A DNA stretch of 64,000 nt from Nitrosopumilus sp. Lineage in GTDB: Archaea > Thermoproteota > Nitrososphaeria > Nitrososphaerales > Nitrosopumilaceae. The stretch is from assembly GCA_965224195.1 (NCBI GenBank), contig OZ245040.1, forward strand, positions 1,152,001 to 1,216,000, read 5' to 3'. The notes under the pieces are model-generated. The model saw only the letters and a list, made by a program, of their open reading frames with translations, was not told where the DNA came from and did not search any database. Every line of letters starts with the position of its first letter. The stretch's first letter is position 1. The position numbers and the translations under genes are program-made. Below, one piece after another: positions 41,296-51,335 of the stretch.

Positions 41296-41544
41296 ATGGA
41301 TAGTTGTGATAGGCGTGTTCGTGCTTATAAAAATGGTAAAACATTTGATCAGTGCCGAGATATGGCAGAATCTATGAACCCTGATTTTAAAAAAATTATT
41401 GAGAATAATGGCAAGGTTCTCTGGACTGAAATTTTAGAAAAAGTTGATCATGATGAAATTATTTATAAACTTACTCTGAAATTCTTAAGACGTGATGGAT
41501 ATGATATTGGAAATCACAAGATTCCGGAAGTAAAGAAATTCTAA
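41296..41544 (+). CDS. hypothetical protein
   Basis: 82-aa ORF. Confidence 0.7.
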   Translation: MDSCDRRVRAYKNGKTFDQCRDMAESMNPDFKKIIENNGKVLWTEILEKVDHDEIIYKLTLKFLRRDGYDIGNHKIPEVKKF

Positions 41545-42368
41545 TCTGGATTAATCTTACAACTACCATCATCATTTCGCAATTTCTTTGCCATGATGTA
41601 TGGAGTTACTAGCAAGACGGGTATTGAAATAGCAATGAAAAATGTCTGTAATTGAGTTAATGCAATTGATAATGCAATTCCACTTGCGGTTCCAATGAAT
41701 ACTGACAAAAATGATCCTGCACAAGTTGGGCATGCGATGAATAATCCTGCTATTGCCCCTATGCTACTTGCACCTCTACCTTTTTTAGAAATTGTATATG
41801 CGTTAATTGCAATTGCAGCGTTTAATCCTACCAAATATGAAACAATAATTTGTAAAACTAGATTAATTGGTATTATGTTTAATCCTACATGATCTGTAAG
41901 GTATATGATAACTTGTGGCATGTATCCTGGTCCATCGCAACATGGGGCAACAAATCCTGATGGGATGGTTGCACCATAATGATATGAAAAACTAACTTCT
42001 GGTTGATACACCAGTGTTCCTGAAACTAGTGAAAAAAATATTCCGTATCCGATAAATGTTGCAATAAAGATTTTTCGAGATTTTGAATTCCATGTTGTTA
42101 ATGCGATGATTGAAGAAAGATCCTTTCCTTTGTTTTCAACTTTTTCTCTATGATATCTGTACATTCCAAATGCAATGGCTCCAAATGAAACTATTAGAAT
42201 AATGTAAAACCCATAGGCTATCCTTTGTATTGTATCTATGGCGCTGGGAGTTATGAGTTCAGGATCTTGATATCTACCATACATGAAAAATAAAATTCCA
42301 ATAGTCACAAATCCTAAAATAATTAATTTCTTTCCTTGGTTTGTACTCTTTTTGATACTAGTCTCCAC
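41541..42368 (-). CDS. multi-pass membrane protein with CC and CPTC motifs
   Basis: about six TM helices; APCCD and IACPTCAG. Confidence 0.8.
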   Translation of the reverse strand: METSIKKSTNQGKKLIILGFVTIGILFFMYGRYQDPELITPSAIDTIQRIAYGFYIILIVSFGAIAFGMYRYHREKVENKGKDLSSIIALTTWNSKSRKIFIATFIGYGIFFSLVSGTLVYQPEVSFSYHYGATIPSGFVAPCCDGPGYMPQVIIYLTDHVGLNIIPINLVLQIIVSYLVGLNAAIAINAYTISKKGRGASSIGAIAGLFIACPTCAGSFLSVFIGTASGIALSIALTQLQTFFIAISIPVLLVTPYIMAKKLRNDDGSCKINPD

Positions 42369-42665
42369 AACTTGAAATCTTGTATTGTGGCATTAAATTC
42401 TATCCTACCATGTATGGCAGTAATGATGTGAAAATTCGTAAAATTATTTTTATTTTACGGATTTCTTTATTTCATCTAAAACATGATTTGTCATGTTTTG
42501 TAAAAACATCAAATCTTGGCTTGTTTTTTCTAGAACGCTCATTAATAAGGATAAGTGAATTGTATTGATAAGAATATGTCATTCCATTTTATTACACGTT
42601 TTATGCCTGTATTGGCCTAAATTTTCATTAATTTATGATTTTTTTCTGTGGTATAATCTAGAATT

Positions 42666-44504
42666 TTAGCTTAGTTTAGGTACGAAAATGTAGATGATTG
42701 CAATTATCTCCAATCTGCCAAATATCATCAAGAACCCTAGCACAATCTTTGTTGCAGGATCTGTTTCTAAATCAATTACTCCTGCAGATAGTCCTCCAGT
42801 AGTAATTACTCCTACTGATTCAAAGAATGCATCTTGGAATGGAACATCTTCAATTGCTGAAAGATGCAGTCCTGAAATTATTGAAATTGTAGGGAATAAT
42901 GCTAAAATGATTAGTGTTGAAATAACTTCTTTTTTTGATTGAGTTGGAAGTTCTGCACGTTTTACTTTAGATAGTAATGCTTTGACATCTTTTAGATGGA
43001 ATAACCTAAATATTTTCAAGCCTCCTGCTGTTGAAAATCCGCAACCTCCTATGACCATCAAAATTATCAGAATGGCGTGTGCCCCCCCACTTAATCCTGC
43101 AAGACTTTCCATTTGTAATCCTGCAGTGGTACTAGCTGATACAGAATAAAATGCACTTTGTATTGGATCTAATCCACTAATTCCAACAAACAAAATAATT
43201 GCACTCCCTAAAATTGCAAAATATGCCAAAACTTCTTTTCCAAGTTTTGGTGAAAGGAATTTTTTTCTTACAAATGCATAGTGGAATGTAAATGGTAATG
43301 CACCTAGTATCATTGCACCCATTAAGACTATTTGTTCTTGCCATACCAAATTATCTAATATAGTGGATGTCGGTGTAAATCCTCCTGTTGACAAAGTACT
43401 CATCGCCAGTGAGAAATTATCTAACATTGATAATGAGGCAATGTCTAGTATGCTGTCTTCTCCAAATATGTGCAGTAAGAATGCTACAATTACAATGTAA
43501 ATTGCAAAGATGACTGTGATGGTTAAGAATAATTCTTTCATGTGTAACGTTCTACCTGAAATAAAACCACGCATTGATTGTAATTTTGACTCTGGATAGA
43601 ATGCAGTAATTACCAGATAGATGAAACTCATTCCTCCTACTAGCTGAGTATAACTTCGGAAAAATGTAAAACTATGAGTAAGTTCTTCTGGTTCATCAAA
43701 TAGTGATATTCCTCCTGTTGTAAATCCTGCAGCACTAGAGAAAAATGCATTACTAAATGCCTCTATACTAGTTTCATCACTTGGAAGTACGTATAGATAC
43801 GGCACCGTTCCAAACAGTGATAGTAAAAACAGGCTCGAAAACACTAGAATTGATGCTTGTTGAAGGTTAAGGCTTGATTTTTCACCATATGAATTTAGGA
43901 AAAATCCTGTAACTAACAAAAGCACTGTTGTCAGGTAAATTCCTGTAGCAGTTGTAGTGTCCTCAAGAACTGTGGCAACTATGGCGGGAACTAAAAGTAA
44001 AACGCCTGCAAATTGTAACACAAAACCTAGATTACCTAAAATTGCTTTTACTGGTGGACTAAGTAAACGAGGTGCAGTTGCAGTTGCATCTCTGATCACA
44101 TTTGCAATGACTGTTTGAAAAATCATCCCAATCACTTGATTTTTTTTTGATATGACTGGTAATTTTCTAATATTGTTATCTTTCATTTTGTGTAATGCAT
44201 CTTGTAATGTTGATTTTTCATTAATTGTAATTAGAGGTGTACTCATGACATCTTTCAATGTTGTAGCTTCTGCGTAAACTGTAACATCACTAACTTTACT
44301 TAAAATATCTTCATCTGTAACAATTCCGACAGGAAGATTGTCTTTGTCTGTAACAATAATGTCATCTGTTTCGTAGTGACGTAACATTCTGGCAGCTTCT
44401 CTGGTTTGTGTATCTAGTCCAAGAATCAACACATCTTTGTCCATGTAATTTGTAACATACTTGCTAAGAACGTATGATACTGCACGTTCTGGATTAGTTG
44501 ACAT
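42666..44504 (-). CDS. trkH: TrkH-type potassium uptake protein with N-terminal CBS pair
   Basis: CBS pair (VGIVTDEDI, IRKLPV); pore loops FTTGG, LSTGGF, STTAG, ITTGG; FGRLEI end. Confidence 0.92.
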   Translation of the reverse strand: MSTNPERAVSYVLSKYVTNYMDKDVLILGLDTQTREAARMLRHYETDDIIVTDKDNLPVGIVTDEDILSKVSDVTVYAEATTLKDVMSTPLITINEKSTLQDALHKMKDNNIRKLPVISKKNQVIGMIFQTVIANVIRDATATAPRLLSPPVKAILGNLGFVLQFAGVLLLVPAIVATVLEDTTTATGIYLTTVLLLVTGFFLNSYGEKSSLNLQQASILVFSSLFLLSLFGTVPYLYVLPSDETSIEAFSNAFFSSAAGFTTGGISLFDEPEELTHSFTFFRSYTQLVGGMSFIYLVITAFYPESKLQSMRGFISGRTLHMKELFLTITVIFAIYIVIVAFLLHIFGEDSILDIASLSMLDNFSLAMSTLSTGGFTPTSTILDNLVWQEQIVLMGAMILGALPFTFHYAFVRKKFLSPKLGKEVLAYFAILGSAIILFVGISGLDPIQSAFYSVSASTTAGLQMESLAGLSGGAHAILIILMVIGGCGFSTAGGLKIFRLFHLKDVKALLSKVKRAELPTQSKKEVISTLIILALFPTISIISGLHLSAIEDVPFQDAFFESVGVITTGGLSAGVIDLETDPATKIVLGFLMIFGRLEIIAIIYIFVPKLS

Positions 44505-44635
44505 TAAGCTACCTTAGTTGGGGATTTTAAATAATTTGGGGTTACGCGTGAGAAGTGATCGTTGAAAAATAATTTACCTATTCATGATTTTGATCTTAAA
44601 TTTTGCTATCTTTATAAGCACTGAACAGGAAGTTT

Positions 44636-45076
44636 ATGTGTAATACAATGGAAATTGATCAAGCACAAGAGCCTGATTATGACTCTGTAAAAATTGATTA
44701 TGTTGGATTTGTAGACCCATATGCAGTTGAAGGTATGGTTGTTCTAAAATCTGATAATGGTAAAGAATTCCATATGAGGGCATTTTCTGGCGAAGTTGCA
44801 AAACACATCTCAAGTTTTGGAGAAACTGAAGGTGAGACTGCACCATCAATTTACAAGATGATTGAAGAAATTTGTGAACAAAATGAATTAGTTCTAGTTA
44901 AAGTCAAAATTTATGAAAGCGGTAATGTGCTACGCGCAAATCTATATTTTACAGGTAAGAAAGACCTTGTATTGAGAAATTATCGTGCGTCAGATGCTAT
45001 GGCATTGGGTGCATTTTATAATATTCCAATTCTAGTTAGGAAAAATCTCCTAAAAGAAAGCATGGAAGCTGAATAA
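44636..45076 (+). CDS. bifunctional nuclease (DUF151) family protein
   Basis: RASDAMALG..YNIPILV. Confidence 0.85.
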   Translation: MCNTMEIDQAQEPDYDSVKIDYVGFVDPYAVEGMVVLKSDNGKEFHMRAFSGEVAKHISSFGETEGETAPSIYKMIEEICEQNELVLVKVKIYESGNVLRANLYFTGKKDLVLRNYRASDAMALGAFYNIPILVRKNLLKESMEAE

Positions 45077-45127
45077 CATTACTTTTGATTAGAATAGTTT
45101 TTCTTCTAGTGTATAATTGTGATATTA

Positions 45128-45345
45128 TGAATGAACAAGAACAGATAATGGATAATTTACTTAATGTTGATCTTGAAATTATTGATGTGGTTCGAGAACT
45201 ACACCAGGGACATTGGGATTCAGAATCAATGAAACAACAAGTTGGAGATTTACTAAAAATTAGGGATGAAATGGTCCAACAACTAATGTCTCTAAAAGGC
45301 GATGATAATTCTTGTGATTGTGGTCATGATCATGCACATGAATAA
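45128..45345 (+). CDS. hypothetical protein with Cys/His-rich tail
   Basis: MNEQEQ start; ends CDCGHDHAHE. Confidence 0.7.
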
Positions 45346-45552
45346 TTAACTTAATTCTTCAAAGAAATTATCTGGAAATTTTTTCTTAATCTTTACTATT
45401 TCAAGTTCATATGTTTGAATCTTTAATTCAATTTCTTTCCTTTCTTCATCTTTGAGATTCTCTTTGTCTTTTTTCAGTTTGTTGATTTGATTAGTCAATG
45501 TTTTGTACATTATTGAAAATTCTGGAAAATTCTCAGGAAGCTCCTCACCCAT
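45346..45552 (-). CDS. hypothetical coiled-coil protein
   Basis: 68-aa ORF. Confidence 0.7.
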   Translation of the reverse strand: MGEELPENFPEFSIMYKTLTNQINKLKKDKENLKDEERKEIELKIQTYELEIVKIKKKFPDNFFEELS

Positions 45553-45588
45553 TAGCTAGATTAAATACACATCCCCCTAATACTGGTT

Positions 45589-45981
45589 ATGAAAATTTTA
45601 TTTTTCTTTTTATTTTTCATTGTGTCTGGAATGAGCGTAGCATTTGCTGATCCAATAACTGCGCAAACTTCATCTGAAGATAAAATTCATTTTGTTGATG
45701 AACAAATTATGATAATGGCTGATATTTCAAATAGTCAAGACACACAACAAAATTTTGCATATATCACACAAGTACGAGATAATGAGGATATTGTGATTTC
45801 ATTATCTTGGCTAACTGGTTCATTATCTCCTAGACAGTCGTTTTCCCCTGCACAATCTTGGATACCTACTGAACCTGGAACATATCATATCCAGGTATAT
45901 GTTTGGGAAAGCATTGACAATCCTTCAGCTTTGTCTCCTCCGCTATTCATGACAGTAAATGTCAGTGAACGTCAAATTTAA
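45589..45981 (+). CDS. exported Ig-like protein
   Basis: signal peptide; FAYITQV...SWIPTEPGTY...VWES..P.ALSP. Confidence 0.8.
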   Translation: MKILFFFLFFIVSGMSVAFADPITAQTSSEDKIHFVDEQIMIMADISNSQDTQQNFAYITQVRDNEDIVISLSWLTGSLSPRQSFSPAQSWIPTEPGTYHIQVYVWESIDNPSALSPPLFMTVNVSERQI

Positions 45982-46140
45982 TTAAATAAAAAACGCTTCA
46001 TAATTCGGCAATCCACATCATCTATCAGTTATAGCTTAGAAGGTTGATTAATCATCAGCATTTTTCCTCATATTATCTAGAATATATTGTCATTCAATCT
46101 AGAAATCAGAAGCTTTTTCACATGATGGAATTTCATTATA

Positions 46141-46518
46141 GTGATGGTAAATCTTGAAAAAACCTATCAAAGTGTAGCAGAACATATTATTCAAAGATGT
46201 CACGGGGCAATCAAAATTACTAAACATGGAAAAATAATTGAAGTTTATGACACTAGACGACATATTTGGAGTGATGGGTTGGCAGGTCTTATAATTAAAG
46301 AAGAATCAAAAAATGCAAATTTACGTGAATGGGAAGTTGCAAGATGCATTAGACCTCGTATAATTTCTATGCTTCTTGAAGACAAGAAAGGGTTACTATC
46401 AACACGATTAGCTCCTGACAGTGCAGAAAATCAAACTAGAAAAAGATTATCCAATAAAAAATTCACTGGTAAAAAACCAACCACAAAGAAACCAATTAAA
46501 AGAAAATCTAATCAATAA
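46141..46518 (+). CDS. hypothetical protein with basic tail
   Basis: 125-aa ORF. Confidence 0.7.
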   Translation: MMVNLEKTYQSVAEHIIQRCHGAIKITKHGKIIEVYDTRRHIWSDGLAGLIIKEESKNANLREWEVARCIRPRIISMLLEDKKGLLSTRLAPDSAENQTRKRLSNKKFTGKKPTTKKPIKRKSNQ

Positions 46519-46772
46519 CCACCTTTTCTGATCAAATGCGGCTCTTTTAACATAATTGTGTCGTCTTTGATAGATGACAAATCTACTTGTTTGAGATTGT
46601 GATTTGTAATAACAATTAATGCCTCACATCTAGAACATAGTATTGTCTTTCCATTTGAACGCTCTTCTCTGATAAGGTCTTTTTCTAATCTATCTTCTTT
46701 TTGACATGTGGGGCATAGTCTGGGCTCTTTTAGAATTGTTATTATTTCCTTGATGAAAATGGTTCTATCCAT
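46512..46772 (-). CDS. zinc-ribbon protein
   Basis: CPTC...CSRC. Confidence 0.75.
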   Translation of the reverse strand: MDRTIFIKEIITILKEPRLCPTCQKEDRLEKDLIREERSNGKTILCSRCEALIVITNHNLKQVDLSSIKDDTIMLKEPHLIRKGGY

Positions 46773-47182
46773 ATTGTTGATTTTGAAATACCCCTAAAGA
46801 GTTGTATTGTTAATTGGTATCAGCATTCCATTTTGAATGTCAAACCGCTTTAATCATTCAAAATTAGAACGATTGGTATTCAGTATATTCCCAATCTAAC
46901 CAATTAACATTATTTTGTGAAGTATCTTGAAAATATATTTTTGTAAATTAGATTATTTTTCGTAGCAAGCCATTTGCTGTTTTAGAATAACTATGTGTGG
47001 ATTTTTTTGTTAATATCCTGAGTCTTTTTCTACTAGTGATAATTTTTTATATCTTTGAATGCCTGAATATTTTTATGAAAACTATATTATAATTTATAAA
47101 AATCACTTGTATTTTATGTAATTATTCATACTAAATATTAAATAGTTATTTGTCTTATCCAATATGATGTTGTTAGTTATAA

Positions 47183-47300
47183 AATCTGGCGATTAGATTG
47201 CGCTACCCCGCAGAACGAAAAAGGCAATCAGGCGTTTAGACGTTTGACCACGAGAGGAAATCTCTCAGAGTTCTGCAGTTAGGGGTTTGCGCCTTTTTGT
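47183..47300 (+). ncRNA. putative structured small RNA of unknown family
   Basis: GC-rich intergenic segment with nested stems GCGC/GCGC, ACCCC/GGGGT, GCAGAAC/GTTCTGC, hairpins TCAGGCGT-TTAG-ACGTTTGA and GAGAG-GAAAT-CTCTC, then T-tract. Confidence 0.65.
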
Positions 47301-47311
47301 TTTCTTTAGAA

Positions 47312-47497
47312 TCATTTAGCTTTTCTAGATCTTGGCTTTGTTCTCAAAACTGCCTTACAGCAAACACACCTGATATCTTCTGATGAGAAAAAAATACCAC
47401 AATATGTGCATCTTTTTTGTCCAATTTCATATCTGATTTTGTTTGAAACTGGCTTTGCTTTATGCATCTCACAAATACCTCTACATGTTCTACCCAT
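47312..47497 (-). CDS. Cys-rich zinc-finger microprotein
   Basis: CRGIC..RY..GQKRCTYC...CVCC..LRTKPR. Confidence 0.8.
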   Translation of the reverse strand: MGRTCRGICEMHKAKPVSNKIRYEIGQKRCTYCGIFFSSEDIRCVCCKAVLRTKPRSRKAK

Positions 47498-47601
47498 CTT
47501 TTTTCACTTGAGTTCATTTGGGTCTCATGGTATTTGAATAAAACACCATTTTCTTACTAGTGGTAATTTTTAGATTGATTTGATGATTTTGAGTATTTTA
47601 C

Positions 47602-48693
47602 TCAAGTAACAATTTCATCTAAACGGTCTTCTTCTTGTGCTCGTTTAATTTCCATGGCGATTCTTCTACCCACACCGAATGTTTGACCATGTTGATATTT
47701 TGTATATGGGCTAGTTGTTGCAACAATTGGATTTCCTGGAACTCTTAATGATACATCATATACGATTAATTCTAGATCTTTTGTAATTACACTTTGTAAT
47801 GAAAATGGACCAATGATTCCTGGGGCATATTCTTTCTTTACTGCTGCCACAAATTTGTCTCCCATTTTGAGTACTTTTTCAAGTAATGATTCTCTGATAC
47901 TTGCAGGTGTGTGTCCTACTTCGATATTTTGTAAATCAATATCCATTTCTAATTGCTCTTTTGCTGGAAGTGCATTGTAATCATGAATGTTAGTTTGTAA
48001 TCTTCGCTCAATTCCGATAAAGTCAACTTGATTTGAAATTGGAGTATGGAAGAAATTAAAATTCATGTATGTTCCTATTGCCAATTCTTCAATACTTGCT
48101 TTTTCAAGATCCTTTCTAGCAATCACTCCTTGCTTGATTTTTTCTTCAGATTTTGTTACATAGTCTTTGTAGGATGATACGTTAAAAAACGCTCTTTCCA
48201 GGGGTCTCTTTTTTTCTTGAACTTTGACAATGCATGGCTTGTTAATTCGTTTAGGATCTTTGAATAATTTCGGGTATTTTATTCTGGCTTTTTCTAAAAG
48301 ATAGTATTGTCCTTTTTTAGCAGTTCTTTCTTCTGCTTGGAATAATTTTCTATTTCCAAATATTGGAACTTTAAATGAATTCTCAATTATTTTGTATCCC
48401 AAGTATACTGTAAGTGATCTGTGAGGAACAATGATTGTACTAGAATCTCGTAACTCTTTTTGATATTTAGCAGATGCCATATCTTTGAATTTATCTAAAA
48501 CTGTAATCTCATCTGCAATACGTCCAAATCTTTGATAAGGTCCTTCTCGTCCTTTTTGACAAAAGACTCTAGTTTGAAAATCTTCATCTTTAGCACCATC
48601 CATTATTTCAAGTGCTGAGTGACTTCCAAGAACGCCAATTTTGACATCAGAATAATCGTTGACTATTTTCTTTATCTCAGAACTTTTAATCAC
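47602..48693 (-). CDS. purP: PurP-family FAICAR synthetase (ATP-grasp)
   Basis: LGSHSAL..GAKDE, IVPHRS, FGNR, ASIRESLL, IIGPFSLQ, GRRIAMEI. Confidence 0.88.
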   Translation of the reverse strand: MIKSSEIKKIVNDYSDVKIGVLGSHSALEIMDGAKDEDFQTRVFCQKGREGPYQRFGRIADEITVLDKFKDMASAKYQKELRDSSTIIVPHRSLTVYLGYKIIENSFKVPIFGNRKLFQAEERTAKKGQYYLLEKARIKYPKLFKDPKRINKPCIVKVQEKKRPLERAFFNVSSYKDYVTKSEEKIKQGVIARKDLEKASIEELAIGTYMNFNFFHTPISNQVDFIGIERRLQTNIHDYNALPAKEQLEMDIDLQNIEVGHTPASIRESLLEKVLKMGDKFVAAVKKEYAPGIIGPFSLQSVITKDLELIVYDVSLRVPGNPIVATTSPYTKYQHGQTFGVGRRIAMEIKRAQEEDRLDEIVT

Positions 48694-48791
48694 ATTGTGC
48701 CTGCATATTGGTATCTAATATATCTAATTTTTGATTAACTAGATCGGTTTAATTAAATAGATTTTTTCCCAGTTAGTATTTGATTCAAATC

Positions 48792-48932
48792 ATGTTGTAT
48801 TCTTTTGAACTCCAATTACTTGGAGCAATCCTTCTCCCTGTCATGCTTATTGCAGGTATAGTCATGTGGTATAAACGAAGAAAAACTGATCAAGAATTAT
48901 CTGATGTAGATTTATCAAAAAAAGAGGAATAA
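48792..48932 (+). CDS. single-TM microprotein (46 aa)
   Basis: manual translation MLYSFELQLLGAILLPVMLIAGIVMWYKRRKTDQELSDVDLSKKEE. Confidence 0.6.
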   Translation: MLYSFELQLLGAILLPVMLIAGIVMWYKRRKTDQELSDVDLSKKEE

Positions 48933-48935
48933 AAA

Positions 48936-49220
48936 ATGATCAATACAAAAGGAATATTCAAAACTGCTGTAATGCTTTTTGGTATTGTATTGGGGGCAGG
49001 TGCTGGAGAATTAGTTGAATACGTCATATGGACAGTTGGAGATTATGCAGGTCCATATTGTGCAGAACAAAATCTCCTTCCTGAATATCATGAAATATGT
49101 TTAAAAAATCTAGGAAATTATAATGAGTTCAAACCTTTCTTCCAATTAGTTGGTGTTATTGTGGGATTGATTGTGGGATTGATTGTGGCAGTTACAGGGG
49201 TAAATAGATTTTTTAAATAA
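48936..49220 (+). CDS. two-TM membrane protein
   Basis: two hydrophobic helices, paired Cys in loop. Confidence 0.7.
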   Translation: MINTKGIFKTAVMLFGIVLGAGAGELVEYVIWTVGDYAGPYCAEQNLLPEYHEICLKNLGNYNEFKPFFQLVGVIVGLIVGLIVAVTGVNRFFK

Positions 49221-49234
49221 AAAAAGTGAGGAAA

Positions 49235-49333
49235 ATGGAATCCGAACAAGCTCAAATAATTATCCCTCTGGTGATAATTCTTGGTGTGGGCTCTGTTATT
49301 GGAACTCGACTTTGGTTGATGTTTAGAAAATAA
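49235..49333 (+). CDS. single-TM microprotein (32 aa)
   Basis: manual translation MESEQAQIIIPLVIILGVGSVIGTRLWLMFRK; GTGAGG upstream. Confidence 0.55.
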   Translation: MESEQAQIIIPLVIILGVGSVIGTRLWLMFRK

Positions 49334-49381
49334 AAAAGAAGATTCTCCACAGATGGGAAGTAACTCATTCCCTACTTGTAA

Positions 49382-49534
49382 TTAGAAATCTAAACTCTTA
49401 GTTTTCAATGCAAATGCTCCACATTTTGGGCATCGATGTTTTTTCAAATACTCTGCATGAGTTTGAGTATTCTTTTTAGAATACGTAATGTGTTCCCCAC
49501 AATCTTCACATACGCCTGGCAAATCCCCTTTCAT
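49382..49534 (-). CDS. zinc-ribbon microprotein (50 aa)
   Basis: manual translation with CEDCG...CPKCG. Confidence 0.65.
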   Translation of the reverse strand: MKGDLPGVCEDCGEHITYSKKNTQTHAEYLKKHRCPKCGAFALKTKSLDF

Positions 49535-50112
49535 AGTTTAATTGTGAAATACTAGTACAAATAAATCCATAATCGTAAAAAATAAAGAAAAAGATGTCTT
49601 GTGGTCGTTTAACCCTATGTTCTGTGCCCCCATTAGACTGAAAATCACAATCTTTTTCCATAGATGAACTAAGAAGATTTGTGGAAAAAGAACCTAGTGA
49701 GTATGAATGCGAACATTATGCTGATCATTGTTGGAAACTAGAGTACAACACAGGAGAAAAAGAAAATCCTGTCGGTGTTTTTTTCATATGTCAAAAACGC
49801 TCAGAAGGAGATCTTTTTGGTACAGAAAATAGGATAAGTTAAATCCAAATGACTAGAACCGCTCTTGCAAAGATAGACTACATCAAATCAAAGATTGCAA
49901 TACATGAATCTGAGATTACTGCTCTTCAAGGAATGATACAGAAATTGGAGAATGAAGAGTAAGTGCACATGATAAGGATCACATCGTTTTTTAGTGAATT
50001 ATACGCCTAGAATTGTACGGAGGTTCTTGAATTAAAAGTGAATTATGAAAACTAATGCAAAAAACTTGACTCGTTGCCAACTTGCACAAAACACTATACA
50101 TTGTGAGATTGA

Positions 50113-50673
50113 TTGTTGAAACTTGTAATTGGAATTACTGGCAGTACTGGCGCAATCTATGGGATACGAATGCTTGAAACTCTTAAAAAATTAAACATTG
50201 AAACGCATTTGGTAATTTCTGAATGGGGTGAAAAATGCATTTCCATGGAAACTGAATTTACTCCTGATTATGTAAAATCTCTTGCAACAAATATTTCTGA
50301 TGAAAAAAATATGGCCTCTAGTGTTTCTAGTGGCACTCATAGGATTGATGGGATGATTGTGGCACCATGTAGTATGAAAACATTATCTGCAATTGCAAAT
50401 GGTTATGATGATACTTTGGTAGCAAGAGCAGCTGGAGTAACAATTAAAGAATCTAGAAAATTAATTTTGATGGTTAGGGAGACTCCTCTTTCTGCAATTC
50501 ATTTAGAAAATATGTTAAAGCTTGCTAGATTGGGTATTGTGATTTTACCACCTGTAACTGAATTTTATACAAAACCAAAATCAATTGATGACATAGTAAA
50601 CCATGGTGTTGGAAAATGTTTGGATCAGTTTGATATAGAGCACAATTTATACCCTCGATGGGGTACTCTCTAA
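50113..50673 (+). CDS. ubiX: flavin prenyltransferase UbiX
   Basis: GITGSTG, SSGT, APCSMKTL, RAA.V.IKE.R, RETPL. Confidence 0.95.
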   Translation: MLKLVIGITGSTGAIYGIRMLETLKKLNIETHLVISEWGEKCISMETEFTPDYVKSLATNISDEKNMASSVSSGTHRIDGMIVAPCSMKTLSAIANGYDDTLVARAAGVTIKESRKLILMVRETPLSAIHLENMLKLARLGIVILPPVTEFYTKPKSIDDIVNHGVGKCLDQFDIEHNLYPRWGTL

Positions 50674-50680
50674 AATACCA

Positions 50681-51109
50681 TTGCCTAAGTTTTCTTTAGA
50701 AAAAATTGTTAACAGTAATCGAAATGATGTTTTTGAAATTTTCTCTAATTTTGAAAATTATCAAAAAATAATTCCACAGCATTATCCTTCAATTCGAATT
50801 CGCTCTATGCGAGGAGATGTATCTGTGGTTGAAGAACATTTGATTTTGGGTGATGTTGAATTACTAATTATGGCAAAGCATATTTTACAAAAACCCATCT
50901 TTCATGAAATGATTGTAATTGGTGGTGATGCCAAGGGGAGTAGAATCAAGCAAGAATTTATAGAACTTGAAAATGGAACCAAAATCTTAGTGGATGTTGA
51001 TTTAAAATTTAAAGGAAAAATGAGGATTTCAGTCATGTTTGGAAAAAATAATTTTAAACAAGATTACGATGATGTATTAGATGATTTTGTAAAACTGGCT
51101 GAAAACTAG
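50681..51109 (+). CDS. SRPBCC/START (polyketide cyclase-like) protein
   Basis: VFEIFSNFENYQKIIP...GTKILVDVD. Confidence 0.8.
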   Translation: MPKFSLEKIVNSNRNDVFEIFSNFENYQKIIPQHYPSIRIRSMRGDVSVVEEHLILGDVELLIMAKHILQKPIFHEMIVIGGDAKGSRIKQEFIELENGTKILVDVDLKFKGKMRISVMFGKNNFKQDYDDVLDDFVKLAEN

Positions 51110-51309
51110 TCTGATTTTACTTCTTTATCCTTAGAACTATTGATTTCTTCCTTGAATTCTTTTAGATCTTTGTCTGCTTCAATTTTTCCTTTCTCAAATT
51201 CGCCTTTGGCTTTACCAAAAGTTTTTGCAAGTTCTGGAATCTTTTTTGCACCAAAAATCAATACTCCGATAACTACTACCAATACAATGATCTCGGTGGT
51301 TCCTAGCAT
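51106..51309 (-). CDS. tatA: twin-arginine translocase TatA
   Basis: TM then FGAKKIPELAK.FGKA..EF. Confidence 0.95.
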   Translation of the reverse strand: MLGTTEIIVLVVVIGVLIFGAKKIPELAKTFGKAKGEFEKGKIEADKDLKEFKEEINSSKDKEVKSD

Positions 51310-51335
51310 TTACAAAATATTTGCTTATTTCCGAT

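Noticed and set aside
49159-49186. 12-bp duplication ATTGTGGGATTG
   Set aside because: In-frame slippage (IVGL x2) inside a TM helix; trivial
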